NCBI GenBank assembly: GCA_963809895.1
Contig: CAWELD010000003.1
Location: 2,016,001-2,080,000, forward strand
Source of the DNA: an uncultured Gemmatimonadales bacterium
Lineage (GTDB): Bacteria > Gemmatimonadota > Gemmatimonadetes > Longimicrobiales > Gaopeijiaceae
Direction of reading: 5' to 3'
DNA length: 64,000 bases
The notes under the pieces are model-generated. The model did no database searches. It saw nothing but the letters and a program-made list of their open reading frames with translations, and had not been told where the DNA came from. Positions 40,826-52,938 of this stretch are shown here, piece after piece. The position numbers and the translations under genes were made by a program. Within the stretch, counting starts at the first letter, position 1; each line of letters begins with the position of its first letter.

Positions 40826-41421
40826 TCACCCCCCCCCGTCCTCAATTGAGGACAGCCAGAGGAGGTTGCCCTCCGCGTCGATCGTCATTAACCGGCGAAG
40901 GTACGTCCTTCCCCGGGCAACCTGCTTCTCCACGGCGCCCGGCTGATTCCCAAACGGTCGGCAATCTCCCGGTGAGTCAGGCCCTCCACGAGGCTGAGCG
41001 TCATGACGAGCGCGCATCGCTCGGGAAGTCGGCGGAGACAAGCCAGCAGACGGGCCTGGTCATCCATGCGAATCACCAGGTCGTCTGGTCCCAGCAATGT
41101 CGATCGGGCGTGTTCTTCGATTTCCGTCAGGGGTCTCCCTCGTCGACGAGACTCCAGGGCTCGCAGAGCTTCGCGCCTAGCCGCCCGTCGGCAATAGGCC
41201 CGAGGAGTCTCGAGTTCTCTCCACGCTCCGTCGTCAAACATCTTCATGAACACGGTCTGGACCACGTCATCCACCAAGGGGCAATCACCCAGGACTCCAC
41301 GGGCGTCGGAGACAAGGACATGCCTCCACTGCCTCACGAAGGACGCAAAGGACCCTGGGGAATCAGAGCGAATCGACACGGCGCGAGAGAAAGACACGAA
41401 GCGTACCCGCCACGCATACAT
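40826..41421 (-). pseudogene. ECF-type sigma-70 factor, one frameshift near 40940
   Basis: Region 2 DDVVQTVFMK; region 4 LRRLPERC...EGLTHREIADRLGIS, continuing in another frame as GAVEKQVARGR; start uncertain. Confidence 0.75.
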
Positions 41422-41655
41422 GCATCCGATCTCGCCCGGTCGTCAAGGTTCACCCGGCTGCGCTGCGATCTCATCAGGGCTCATTGCCATTGCCCCACGC
41501 CCGGCGACCGACCGCGCCCTTCGCGGGGTCGAGTCCACTTGCCCATTGATCCGCGCTATATTCGGGCTCCGCTCCAACCCCTGGGGCTGGGGCAAGAGCA
41601 TGGGACCAAGCATCGCGCCGCAGCGCGTCGGCGTAGTGCAGGGACGGAGGTGACG

Positions 41656-42735
41656 GTGACGCAAAGCGAGAAGATCCCGGTGGGAGTGCTGGGGGCCACC
41701 GGCACCGTGGGAGAACGGTTGGTGGCCCTCCTGGCCCATCACCCGTGGTTCCGACTGGTGGAGGCCGCCGCCTCGGACCGCTCCGAGGGTGACCGGCTGG
41801 GAGACCGGATGGCACCGGAGGTGGGTCCCCTGCCCCCGGAGCTGGCGGAGCTGCGGCTGCAGTCGCTGGACGGCCCGTTTCGGGCACCCCTCCTCCTGTC
41901 CGCCCTTCCCGCGGGCGCGGCCCGGGAAGCCGAACCCCGTCTCGCCGGCGCGGGCCACCTGGTGGTGAGCAACGCCTCGGCCTTCCGCACCGACCCCGAC
42001 GTGCCCCTGCTGGTGCCCGACGTCAACCCGGACCACCTGGCGCTCCTGGACCGGCAGCGGGAGCGCTGGCCTGGTGGCATCGTCACCAATCCCAACTGCT
42101 CGGTGGCGGGGCTGGTGGTGGCGCTCAAGCCGCTGCACGACGCCTTCGGGATCGAATCCCTCACCGTGACCACCCTGCAGGCCATCTCGGGTGCCGGACG
42201 ACCGGGTCCGGCGGCAGCCGACCTCGTGGACAACGTGCTCCCCTTCATCGCCGGCGAGGAGGACAAGCTGGCCGCGGAGCCACGGCGCATTCTCGGGACG
42301 CTGGTGGACGGGATCGTGACGGAAGCGGAGGTGGCCGTGAGCGCCACCTGCACGCGCGTCCCGGTCCTGCACGGACACCTGGAGACGCTGTCGGCCCGCT
42401 TCACGCGGCCACCGGCGAGTCCGGACGAGGTGGTGGAGGCGCTCCGCGACTACCGGAGCCCCCTGGAGGGACTCGGCCTGCCCACGGCGCCCGTGCGGCC
42501 CATCGACGTGCTGGAGGAGCCGGACCGCCCACAGCCCCGGGTGGATCGGGACCGGGGCGCGGGCATGACCGTGACCGTGGGCCGGGTGCGCCCCTGCCCC
42601 GTGGGCCACGTGCGCTTCGTAGTGCTGTCCCACAACCTGCTCCGGGGGGCGGCCGGCGCCGCGCTGCTGAACGCCGAGCTGGCCACGGTCCGGGGCCGGG
42701 TGCCGGGCGTCGCCGGACCACCGGAGCACGCGTGA
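41656..42735 (+). CDS. asd: Aspartate-semialdehyde dehydrogenase
   Basis: GVLGATGTVG, SNASAFR, TNPNCS, QAISGAG, RVPVLHGH, HNLLRGAAG; GGAGG RBS before GTG. Confidence 0.95.
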   Translation: MTQSEKIPVGVLGATGTVGERLVALLAHHPWFRLVEAAASDRSEGDRLGDRMAPEVGPLPPELAELRLQSLDGPFRAPLLLSALPAGAAREAEPRLAGAGHLVVSNASAFRTDPDVPLLVPDVNPDHLALLDRQRERWPGGIVTNPNCSVAGLVVALKPLHDAFGIESLTVTTLQAISGAGRPGPAAADLVDNVLPFIAGEEDKLAAEPRRILGTLVDGIVTEAEVAVSATCTRVPVLHGHLETLSARFTRPPASPDEVVEALRDYRSPLEGLGLPTAPVRPIDVLEEPDRPQPRVDRDRGAGMTVTVGRVRPCPVGHVRFVVLSHNLLRGAAGAALLNAELATVRGRVPGVAGPPEHA

Positions 42736-44141
42736 CGGCACGAGCCGAGGGGGCCGTGCCAGCCGCCCGGACGCGGCCGCTGGTCTACAAGTTCGGCGGC
42801 ACCTCCGTGGCCGACGCCGACCGCATCCGGCATGTGGCCTCGCTGGTGGTCGCCGAGACGCGGCCGACGGTCGTGGTGGTGTCGGCGCTGGGCGGCATCA
42901 CCGACACGCTGTCGTCTCTGGTGGAGAGCCTCCGGAACGACGACGACATCGCCGGGCCCATGGACGCCCTGCGCGCTCGGCACCGCGCCGTGGTCCGTGC
43001 GCTGACCGACGGCGACGCCGACGCTACGCGCCGCCTGCAGGATCAGCTCGACCGCGCCCTGGCCACTCTCGAGGACCCGGCCACCGCGGCGCTGCCCGAC
43101 GGCGAGTTGGAGGATCGGGTGCGGGCGGTGGGCGAGGACCTGTCGGTCGAACTCGTGGCCGAGGCCATCCGGCGCGCCGGGCGCGACGCCCGGGTCGTGG
43201 ACGCGCGCACCGTGGTGCGCACCGACGCCTCCTTCGGTCACGCGATCCCGGACGAGGACGCCATCGCCGAGCTGGCGGAGGCGCACCTGGTGCCGGTGCT
43301 GGACGGCGGTGCGGTGCCGGTGGTCCAGGGCTTCGTGGGCGCCACCGGCGATGGCCGCACCACCACGCTGGGACGAGGCGGCTCGGATCTGACCGCCACG
43401 CTGCTGGGCGCGGCACTCGGCGCCGAGACCGTCCACATCTGGACCGACGTGGACGGCATCCTCACCGGCGATCCCCGGGCGGTGGACGCGCCGCACATCA
43501 TGGACGTGCTGGGCTTCGAGGAAGCGGTGGAGCTGGCGTATTTCGGAGCGAAGGTGCTGCACCCCGGCGCCGCCAAGCACGCGGTGTCCCGGGGCCTCGC
43601 GGTTCGCATCCGCAACACCTTCGAGCCCGCGCGGGGCGGCACGCTGATCCTGCGCGAGCGCTGGGGCCCGCCGGGCATCGCCGCCGTGGCCTTCAAGCCC
43701 GGCGTGGCGCTCATCCAGGTGCGTTCGCACCCGCGGGCCATGCCCTACGGCTTCCTGGCCCGGGTCTTCGAGATCCTGGCCCGGCACCGCCTGCCGGTGG
43801 ACCTGGTGGCCACCTCGCACACCTCCACGGCCTTCACGCTGGACGCCACCGAAGAGATCGGCGACGTGGCCCGGGAGTTGGAGCGCTTCGCCGAGGTGGA
43901 GGTCCACACGGGCCTGGCCACCGTGACCGTGGTGGGCCACGGGCTCCTGGAGCAGCCCGGGGTGAACGCCCTGGTCTTCTGGGCAGTGGAGCGGACGCCG
44001 GTCCACCTCATCTCGCAGGCCTCCGACGTGAGCCTCAGCTTCGTGGTGGATCAGGACCAGGCCGCCGCCCTCGTGCGGCGCCTGCATCTCACGCTCATCG
44101 AGCTGCGAGCCGAGGGCGACAACCCCGAGGAGGCTTCGTGA
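42732..44141 (+). CDS. lysC: Aspartate kinase
   Basis: KFGGTSV, VVSALGGITD, TTLGRGGSD, WTDVDG, GAKVLHP; C-terminal ACT domains. Confidence 0.95.
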   Translation: MTARAEGAVPAARTRPLVYKFGGTSVADADRIRHVASLVVAETRPTVVVVSALGGITDTLSSLVESLRNDDDIAGPMDALRARHRAVVRALTDGDADATRRLQDQLDRALATLEDPATAALPDGELEDRVRAVGEDLSVELVAEAIRRAGRDARVVDARTVVRTDASFGHAIPDEDAIAELAEAHLVPVLDGGAVPVVQGFVGATGDGRTTTLGRGGSDLTATLLGAALGAETVHIWTDVDGILTGDPRAVDAPHIMDVLGFEEAVELAYFGAKVLHPGAAKHAVSRGLAVRIRNTFEPARGGTLILRERWGPPGIAAVAFKPGVALIQVRSHPRAMPYGFLARVFEILARHRLPVDLVATSHTSTAFTLDATEEIGDVARELERFAEVEVHTGLATVTVVGHGLLEQPGVNALVFWAVERTPVHLISQASDVSLSFVVDQDQAAALVRRLHLTLIELRAEGDNPEEAS

Positions 44142-44869
44142 GGATCGCGTTGGTGGGATACGGCCGCATGGGCCGCGAGGTGGAGCGCGCCGCGCTGGCG
44201 GCGGGAGACGAGGTGGTGGCACGCCTGGACCAGGACGGCGCCCTGACGCCGGGTACCCTGGAAGGCGCCGAGGTGGCGGTGGAGTTCAGCGTACCCGCGG
44301 CGGCACCCGACAATCTGCTTCGCCTGGCGGAGCTGGGGGTGGACGCCGTGTGCGGCACCACCGGCTGGTACGACCGGCTCCCGGAGGTGCGCGAGGCGGT
44401 GGAGGCCCAGGGATCGGGCCTGGTCTATTCCCCCAACTTCTCCCTCGGCGTGGCCCTGTTCCGGCAACTGGTCACCGAGGCCGCCACCCGCCTGGACGCG
44501 CTGGAGGAATACGACATCTACCTCCACGAGACCCACCACCGCCACAAGCTGGACCATCCTTCGGGCACCGCCCGGGTTCTGGCGGAGACCGTGGTCGACG
44601 CCAACCGGCGCAAGGCGCGCTGGCAGGAAGGGCCGCCCGAGGGGCTTCCCGACCCGGAGACGCTGTGGGTTTCCGTGACCCGGGCCGGCGAGGTCCCGGG
44701 CACGCACGTGGTGGGCATCGAGGGCCCCGACGACCGCATCGAGCTCCGGCACGACGCCCGGGGCCGCGGCGGGTTCGCCCGGGGCGCCCTCGAGGCCGCG
44801 CGATGGATCCGCGGACGCTCCGGGGTGTTCACTCTGGAGGCGTTCCTGGCCGACCGCTTCGGCCTGTGA
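44138..44869 (+). CDS. dapB: 4-hydroxy-tetrahydrodipicolinate reductase
   Basis: GYGRMG, GTTGW, PNFSLGV, ETHHRHKLDHPSGTA. Confidence 0.95.
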   Translation: MRIALVGYGRMGREVERAALAAGDEVVARLDQDGALTPGTLEGAEVAVEFSVPAAAPDNLLRLAELGVDAVCGTTGWYDRLPEVREAVEAQGSGLVYSPNFSLGVALFRQLVTEAATRLDALEEYDIYLHETHHRHKLDHPSGTARVLAETVVDANRRKARWQEGPPEGLPDPETLWVSVTRAGEVPGTHVVGIEGPDDRIELRHDARGRGGFARGALEAARWIRGRSGVFTLEAFLADRFGL

Positions 44870-44918
44870 GCGGACGCCGCCCGACGACCACATCCTGATT
44901 CTCAGCTCCAGGGATCCC

Positions 44919-45812
44919 ATGGACGGAACCGCTTTCCGGGGCGCCGGACCGGCGCTGGTCACTCCCATGAAGGCCGACGGCTCGGTGGACCTGGACGCCT
45001 TCGCTCTGCACGTGGAGTGGATGCTGGACGAGGGCGTGCACATGCTGGTGCCCTGCGGCACCACCGGCGAAAGCGCCACCATGACCCCCGACGAGCAGGC
45101 CGCGGTCATCCGGCGCTGCGTGGAGGTCGCCGGCGGACGGGTGCCGGTGCTGGCGGGCGCCGGGGGCAACGACACCGCAGTGGTGGCCGCGCTGGCCCGG
45201 GAAGCGGTGCGCGCAGGCGCCGACGGCGTCCTCACCGTGACACCCTACTACAACAAGCCCACCCCCGACGGGCTCGTGGCTCACTACCGGGCCGTTGCGG
45301 AGGCGTGCCACCGTCCGGTGGTGGTCTACAACGTCCCGGGCCGCACCGCGCTCAACGTCACCCCGGACGTGCTGCTGCGCATCGCGGCCGAGGTGCCCGG
45401 CGTGGTGGGTGTGAAGGAAGCCTCGGGCGACGTGAGTCAGGTCATGACGATCCTCGCCCGACGCCCCGAGGGCTTCACGGTGCTGTCCGGCGACGACGAG
45501 CTCACCCTGCCCCTCATGGCGCTGGGCGCCGACGGCATCATCTCGGTGGCGGCCAACGAGGCTCCCCGGGGGATGGCGCGGCTGTGCGAAGCGCTCGTTG
45601 AAGGCCGCATGGACGAGGCTCGGCACCTGCACGGGCAACTCCTCCCGCTCATGCGGGCGAACTTCATCGAGACCAACCCGATCCCGGTGAAGACGGCGCT
45701 GGAGATCATGGGCCGGGGCGAGGCGCACTTCCGGCTGCCGCTGGTGCCCATGAGCGCCGGCGGTCGCACGCGCCTCGAGCACGCGTTGCACGAGGCGGAG
45801 GTGCTGCCGTGA
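44919..45812 (+). CDS. dapA: 4-hydroxy-tetrahydrodipicolinate synthase
   Basis: CGTTGES, PYYNKP, YNVPGRT, VKEASG, SGDD, ETNPIPVK. Confidence 0.96.
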   Translation: MDGTAFRGAGPALVTPMKADGSVDLDAFALHVEWMLDEGVHMLVPCGTTGESATMTPDEQAAVIRRCVEVAGGRVPVLAGAGGNDTAVVAALAREAVRAGADGVLTVTPYYNKPTPDGLVAHYRAVAEACHRPVVVYNVPGRTALNVTPDVLLRIAAEVPGVVGVKEASGDVSQVMTILARRPEGFTVLSGDDELTLPLMALGADGIISVAANEAPRGMARLCEALVEGRMDEARHLHGQLLPLMRANFIETNPIPVKTALEIMGRGEAHFRLPLVPMSAGGRTRLEHALHEAEVLP

Positions 45813-46684
45813 GTCCGGTGGAGGTGCGGAGCCTCCGGGACGAGATCGAGGCGCTGTCGGGCGAGAGCCCCGATCCGGAACGGGCCCGACGCGCGGTGGC
45901 GCTGCTCCTGGACGCCCTGGCGCGCGGTGAGATCCGGGCCGCCGAGAAGGTCGAGGGCCAATGGCATGCGGTGCCCTGGGTGAAGCAGGGCATCCTGCTG
46001 GCCTTTCGCGTGGGTGAGACGCGGGAGTTCAGCCCGTTCCAGCAAGCCGACAACGCGGCCTTCGAGGGCTCGACGTTCCGCTGGTCGGACCGGGACACGC
46101 TCCCCCTGAGGACCACCGACGGACCCGCCGAGGGCGTGCGCATCGTGCCCGGGGGCAGCTCGGTGCGGGCCGGGGCCCACCTGGGCCGGGGTGTGGTGCT
46201 CATGCCGCCGGCCTACGTGAACGTGGGCGCGTGGGTGGGCGAGGGTGCCATGGTGGACTCCCACGCCCTGGTGGGTTCGTGTGCCCAGGTGGGCGCCCGG
46301 GTGCACCTGTCGGCCGGCGCCCAGCTCGGCGGCGTGCTCGAGCCCGTGGGACTCCGGCCCGTCATCGTGGAAGACGACGCCATGATCGGCGGGAACTGTG
46401 GCGTGTTCGAGGGCACCCTGGTGGGCCGCCGGGCCGTGCTGGCCCCGGGCGTTCAGCTCACGGCCTCCACCACCGTCTTCGACCTGGCACGAGAGACCCA
46501 GTACCGGGCGGCGCCGGGCGCGCCCCTGACCATTCCCGAGGGGGCGGTGGTGGTGCCGGGAAGCCGTCCGGCCGGGGGGCCATGGGCACGAAGCCGGGGC
46601 TTGCAGCTCTATGCGCCGGTCATCGTCAAGTACCGGGACGAGCGCACCGACGCCGCCACCGCGCTGGAAGAGGCGCTGCGTTAG
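45809..46684 (+). CDS. dapD: Tetrahydrodipicolinate N-succinyltransferase
   Basis: WVKQGILL.FR, YVNVGA.V, GSCAQVG..VHLS.G..LGGVLEP hexapeptide region. Confidence 0.93.
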   Translation: MSPVEVRSLRDEIEALSGESPDPERARRAVALLLDALARGEIRAAEKVEGQWHAVPWVKQGILLAFRVGETREFSPFQQADNAAFEGSTFRWSDRDTLPLRTTDGPAEGVRIVPGGSSVRAGAHLGRGVVLMPPAYVNVGAWVGEGAMVDSHALVGSCAQVGARVHLSAGAQLGGVLEPVGLRPVIVEDDAMIGGNCGVFEGTLVGRRAVLAPGVQLTASTTVFDLARETQYRAAPGAPLTIPEGAVVVPGSRPAGGPWARSRGLQLYAPVIVKYRDERTDAATALEEALR

Positions 46685-47000
46685 CGAGTCCAGCCGCGAC
46701 CAGCGGACGCGACGCCCGGTGCTTCGTCGCTCGCGTTCCCGCCGAAGCATGCCGGAGTCCCATCCGCCCCTTGACGGATTTGGGGGCGTTTCCGCGGAGA
46801 CGTCCGGACCCCGGGACGCGAGTCTCCGGAGGCACGCCTGGACGGGCCTCTGGCGTGTCCGGTCCGCCTTCCGGGACTCATGCGGCCTCTGGCGGCGACC
46901 GCGACCGTCCTGGACCCCTTCGGGAGGCCCCGAAATCCCATGGTTATATTACAGAAGTCATTGTACTTCTTGTGGTTAGACTCTGTCATGGGGGCGTTTC

Positions 47001-48644
47001 ATGGGTTCCGGGATCTCCACCGCTGTTCGTCCGGCCTACGGTGATGTCGACACGGGTGCAGGGCACGCGGGGGATGTCAGCCCGCTCCCCGCGCCCAGGC
47101 GCGCGCATCTCCACCTCGTGGTTCGTGAGCGGGGCCCGGACGACGGCCCGGGCGTGGATGCCGATGTCGATGTCCATGGTGACGCCGACGCTCTCGAGGC
47201 GCTGGAAGACGAGATCGTCGTTCTGGCCAGTCACATCCATGCGGCCGAACACCGGCTTCTGCTCCTGGTCGCGGAGTTCGACAAGCGCGGCGGCTGGAAG
47301 CGGGCCGGTCACCGCAACTGCGCCGAGTGGCTCCACTTCCGCACCGGGATCGCCAGGGGTGCGGCCCGGGAGAAGGTGAGGGCGGCCCGAGCGCTCGAGA
47401 AGCTGCCCCTCACCTCCGACGCCATGTCCCGCGGTGAGCTGAGCTTCTCCAAGGTCCGGGCCATCACGCGACTGGTCGACGATCTGAGCGATCCCGAGAA
47501 GCCCGACGCCGAGGCCGAGCTCGTGGACGTCGCCAAGCAGGTCACCGCGGCGAGCCTCGAGAAGATCGTGCGAGGCTGGGGTGTCCTGAGCGGGCTCGAC
47601 GAGACCGAGCTCGAGCGCCGGCGCCATCGTTCGCGCTACCTGTCCGTCGCTCCCGACGGAGAGGGGATGTACGTGGTGCGCGGGAAGCTGGACCCGGAGG
47701 TGGGAGCGTTGCTCATGCGAGCCCTGGACGCCGCCGGCGACGCCCTGTTCCGCGACGGCGAGGATTGGGCTCCGGTCGGCGGCACGCGCGGCCCACGTGC
47801 CGAAGAGATCAGCCCCCGGCAGCGGCGGGCCGACGCCGCGGGGCTCCTGTGCGAACGGGCCATGGCAATGGGCTTCGGGCGCCGAGTGGAGGACGCAGAC
47901 GGCCCGGACGACGCGGACCCGGAGAGCATGGGCGGCGCCGTCCAGGACGCCGACACAACCCCGCGCGACGCGCCCATCTCCGGCACCAAGGCCGAGCGCT
48001 ACCAGGTCGTGCTGCACGTCGACATGGACACGCTGACCGGCGAAGACGAGCCCGACGACTCGCCGGATGCGAGCGGTGCCCGCTCCCACCTCGAGGACGG
48101 CACGCGCGTTTCCGCGGAAACGTCTCGCAGGCTCTGCTGCGACGCCGCGGTCGTGAAGGTCACCCGCGGCCCTGACGGCTCGGTCCTGGATGTGGGCCGG
48201 AAGACGCGGACCATTCCACCGGCCATCCGCCGTGCTCTGGAGGTCCGCGACGGCGGCTGCCGCTTTCCAGGGTGCGGCCTGAGGTTCGCCGACGGCCACC
48301 ACATCATCCCCTGGAGCCTGGGCGGCCCGACCTGCCTGTCCAACCTCGTCCTGCTCTGCCCCCATCACCACCGCTGCGTCCACGAGGGCGGCTTCACGGT
48401 GCGCATGCGTTCCGACCAGCCCGGTGCCCCTTCGTTCCAGTTCCATGACCGCAGCGGCTGGCCACTCCCCGACTGCGCGCCGCTCTCCAGGCTGGAGCCG
48501 GGTGCCGTCGCACGCCTCCTGGACGAGAACCGCCGGAACGGAGTCGACCCCGAATGGAACACGCCGTCGGCTACCTGGAAGCGGGACGCCGACATCCCCT
48601 GGAAGGTAGAGGCCCGGTTGCGCCAGGCGCTGGACCCGGTGTAG
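47001..48644 (+). CDS. DUF222 (13E12-like) protein with C-terminal HNH endonuclease
   Basis: AEWLHFRTG..AREKVRAARAL..LP....M..GELSFSKVRA; RRLCCDA; RDGGCRFPGC...HHIIPW..GG.T.LSNLVLLCPHHH; start uncertain. Confidence 0.9.
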   Translation: MGSGISTAVRPAYGDVDTGAGHAGDVSPLPAPRRAHLHLVVRERGPDDGPGVDADVDVHGDADALEALEDEIVVLASHIHAAEHRLLLLVAEFDKRGGWKRAGHRNCAEWLHFRTGIARGAAREKVRAARALEKLPLTSDAMSRGELSFSKVRAITRLVDDLSDPEKPDAEAELVDVAKQVTAASLEKIVRGWGVLSGLDETELERRRHRSRYLSVAPDGEGMYVVRGKLDPEVGALLMRALDAAGDALFRDGEDWAPVGGTRGPRAEEISPRQRRADAAGLLCERAMAMGFGRRVEDADGPDDADPESMGGAVQDADTTPRDAPISGTKAERYQVVLHVDMDTLTGEDEPDDSPDASGARSHLEDGTRVSAETSRRLCCDAAVVKVTRGPDGSVLDVGRKTRTIPPAIRRALEVRDGGCRFPGCGLRFADGHHIIPWSLGGPTCLSNLVLLCPHHHRCVHEGGFTVRMRSDQPGAPSFQFHDRSGWPLPDCAPLSRLEPGAVARLLDENRRNGVDPEWNTPSATWKRDADIPWKVEARLRQALDPV

Positions 48645-48701
48645 CGGAGCCCGGCTGCGCCGGCGCTAGCTTAGCTACGCCGCTCTGCTCGCACCTCGCC
48701 G

Positions 48702-49603
48702 TCACCCAGCCGCCGGGCCAGAAGCGCGGCGCCCCGGGCCGCGTCCACCCGCGCGACCGTTCACCCCCAGTCCGTCTTCGCGGAGCGAAGCCACCACGGC
48801 CGCGCGCAGCGGGCCCCCGGGCTCCACGAGCCCGCCGGCCAACGCCACGGGCGCATCGGCCAACGCCGGCTTCCGGCGCGCCAGCGCATGGACGTGCGCC
48901 ACCAACGCTTCCACCGCGGCGCCCACCAGCCGGCCGGCGACCTCGTCGCCCCGTGCCGCCGCCGCGGCCACCAGCGGCGCCAGCCCGGCGATGTCCGCCT
49001 TCGCCGCCCCACCCGACCAGGTCACGAGATCGGTGGGCTCTGCCAGGCCCAGATGCCGCAGCACCGACGGCGTGATGGCGGTGGCGGGCCCCCGCCCGTC
49101 GGCAGCGTGCGCGATGCGGCGGAGCGCCTCCACGCCCAGCGCGTAGCCGCTTCCCTCGTCTCCGAAGCACGGCGCCCCATCCGCCGACCCGCGCCGTGTC
49201 GCCGACGGCCGTCCGCCCCAGCGCCATGGAGCCGGTTCCCGCCAGCAGCAGAATCCCCGGACCCTCGCCGAAGGCGTCCTCCAGCGCGGCCTCTGCGTCG
49301 GTGCCCACCCGCACCCGGCGGGCCACCGCGCGCCCCGCGCAACGCCTCTTCCACCGCTGAGCGCGCGTCCTCGCGGCCGGCGCCGGCGAGCCCGGCCCAC
49401 AGGGCGTCTGCCGGAACGCCCAGCCCGGCACCGGCCAGCGCCTCGTTCACCACCGCGCTCACGGCCCGAGCTGCGGCTTCAGGTCCGCGGGCGTCCGCCA
49501 GCGCACCCGGACCCTCTGCCGCGCCCAGCGCCGTACCCGCGCCGTCCACCACCAGCGCCCGCAGGCGCGTGGCGCCCCCGTCCACCCCCACGAAGATCGC
49601 CAT
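48702..49603 (-). pseudogene. BadF/BadG/BcrA/BcrD-type amino-sugar (GlcNAc/MurNAc) kinase, frameshifted
   Basis: GVDGGAT, AGLAGAG, VGTDAEAAL, LLAGTGSMA, GGWG..GDEGSGY, LAGG motifs distributed over three frames. Confidence 0.82.
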
Positions 49604-49606
49604 CCG

Positions 49607-51064
49607 TCAACGCTCCGGGCCCGCCGGGGCGGGCCGCACCCGGCCGCGCCCCGCGAGATGCCCCACCACCACCGTGAGCACGCTGCCGATGAGCGCGTAC
49701 CAGGGCCACGCCACGGCCGCCCGCGCGAAGATCCACAGAAGCGTCACCGAGCCGATCCCCACCGCCATGCCCAGGCGCACCGAGCGGGCATCGGCCCGCA
49801 GCGACAGCACGCCCAGGGCGAACGCGCCCAGGAGTCCGCCGTAGACCAGCGAGGCGATGGCCAGCGCCACCTCCACCGCCGCCGAGCCCTGACTCAGGGG
49901 GATGAAGACGATGGCGCCGCCCACCAGCAGGAGCGCCCACAACAGGGTGAAGCGTCGGCCGGCGGCCAGCACGCGGGCCTCGTCGCCGCCGGCGCCGCTC
50001 AGAGGGGCCCAGAAGTCGAAGGCCGATGCCGACGCCAGCGAGTTGATGGACGACGACAGCGACGACATGGCGGCGGCCAGCACGCCCGCCACCAGCAGCC
50101 CCGTCACGCCCGCGGGGAGCTGCTCCACGATGAAGAGGGCGAAGATCTCGTCCGGACGCTCGAAGGTGCGCCCGCCGTAGAAGGCCCACAGTCCCAGTCC
50201 CAACAGCAGGAAGATCAGGAACTGGCCGATGACGGCGAAGCCCGATCCCACCAGCGCCCGCTGGGCCGAGCGCAGATCCCGGCAGGTGAGCAGGCGCTGC
50301 ACGATGAGCTGATCGGTGCCGTGCGACGCCATGGAGAGAAAGGCACCGCCCGCCAGTCCGGCCCACAGCGTGTAGGCGGTGCCGGGATCGAAGGAGAGGT
50401 CCAGCACCTGGAGCTTCCCGGCCTGGCCGGCACTCACCAGGATCCCGCCCCAGCCTCCGGGCACCAGCCCCTGGAGCGCCACCGCCGCCACCACCGCGCC
50501 CAGCAGGTAGAGCCCCATCTGCACCGCGTCCACCCACACCACGGCCCGGATTCCCCCGAAATACGTGTAGACCAGCGTGAGACCGCCGATGACGGCGATG
50601 GACGCCGGATAGGGCCAACCGGTGAGCAGGGCCAGCGGGATCGCGGTGGCGAACAGGCGCACCGAGTCGGCCAGGAGCCGCGTCACCATGAAGATCCCCG
50701 AGGTGAAGCGGCGCGTGCCCGGGCCGAAGCGTCCTTCCAGGAGCTGGTAGGCGGTGGACAGCTCGCCCCGGTAGTAGGCCGGCAGGAGCACCACCGCCAC
50801 CACCGTGCGCCCCAGCAGATAGCCCACGGTGAGCTGCAGGAAGGTGAGGGCGCCCAGGTAGGCCACCCCGGGAATCGACAGGAAGGTGAGCGTGCTGGTC
50901 TCGGTGGCCACCACCGACAGGAGCACCGCCCACCAGGGCAGGTCGCGGCTGCCCAGGAAGTAGTCGGTGGCGCCGCGCTGGCCGCGTCCCAGCCACGCGC
51001 CCCAGGCGGTGACCCCGGCCAGATAGGCCACCAGCACGACCAGATCGGCTCCCGTGATCGTCAT
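49607..51064 (-). CDS. Sodium:solute symporter (SSS)
   Basis: DYFLGSRDLPWWA, ATETSTLTF.SIPG, GTDQLIVQRLL, AAAMSSLSSSINSLA. Confidence 0.92.
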   Translation of the reverse strand: MTITGADLVVLVAYLAGVTAWGAWLGRGQRGATDYFLGSRDLPWWAVLLSVVATETSTLTFLSIPGVAYLGALTFLQLTVGYLLGRTVVAVVLLPAYYRGELSTAYQLLEGRFGPGTRRFTSGIFMVTRLLADSVRLFATAIPLALLTGWPYPASIAVIGGLTLVYTYFGGIRAVVWVDAVQMGLYLLGAVVAAVALQGLVPGGWGGILVSAGQAGKLQVLDLSFDPGTAYTLWAGLAGGAFLSMASHGTDQLIVQRLLTCRDLRSAQRALVGSGFAVIGQFLIFLLLGLGLWAFYGGRTFERPDEIFALFIVEQLPAGVTGLLVAGVLAAAMSSLSSSINSLASASAFDFWAPLSGAGGDEARVLAAGRRFTLLWALLLVGGAIVFIPLSQGSAAVEVALAIASLVYGGLLGAFALGVLSLRADARSVRLGMAVGIGSVTLLWIFARAAVAWPWYALIGSVLTVVVGHLAGRGRVRPAPAGPER

Positions 51065-51122
51065 GCGCGCTCCTCGGCTCGGGCCCGGTGCGTGATGGGG
51101 TGGCGGCTCTGGCTGCGACTCC

Positions 51123-52904
<1,782 letters not shown>

Positions 52905-52938
52905 GCGGGGACGTCCTTTCTGTGGAAGGGTGCGGGAG

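Noticed and set aside
41422..41655. Lysine riboswitch upstream of asd-lysC-dap
   Set aside because: No recognisable lysine-riboswitch core (AGAGG..., kissing loops) and no expression-platform terminator
46681..48680. IS element with target-site duplication around the HNH gene
   Set aside because: Only a 5-bp ttagc coincidence; no terminal inverted repeats and no DDE or HUH transposase motifs
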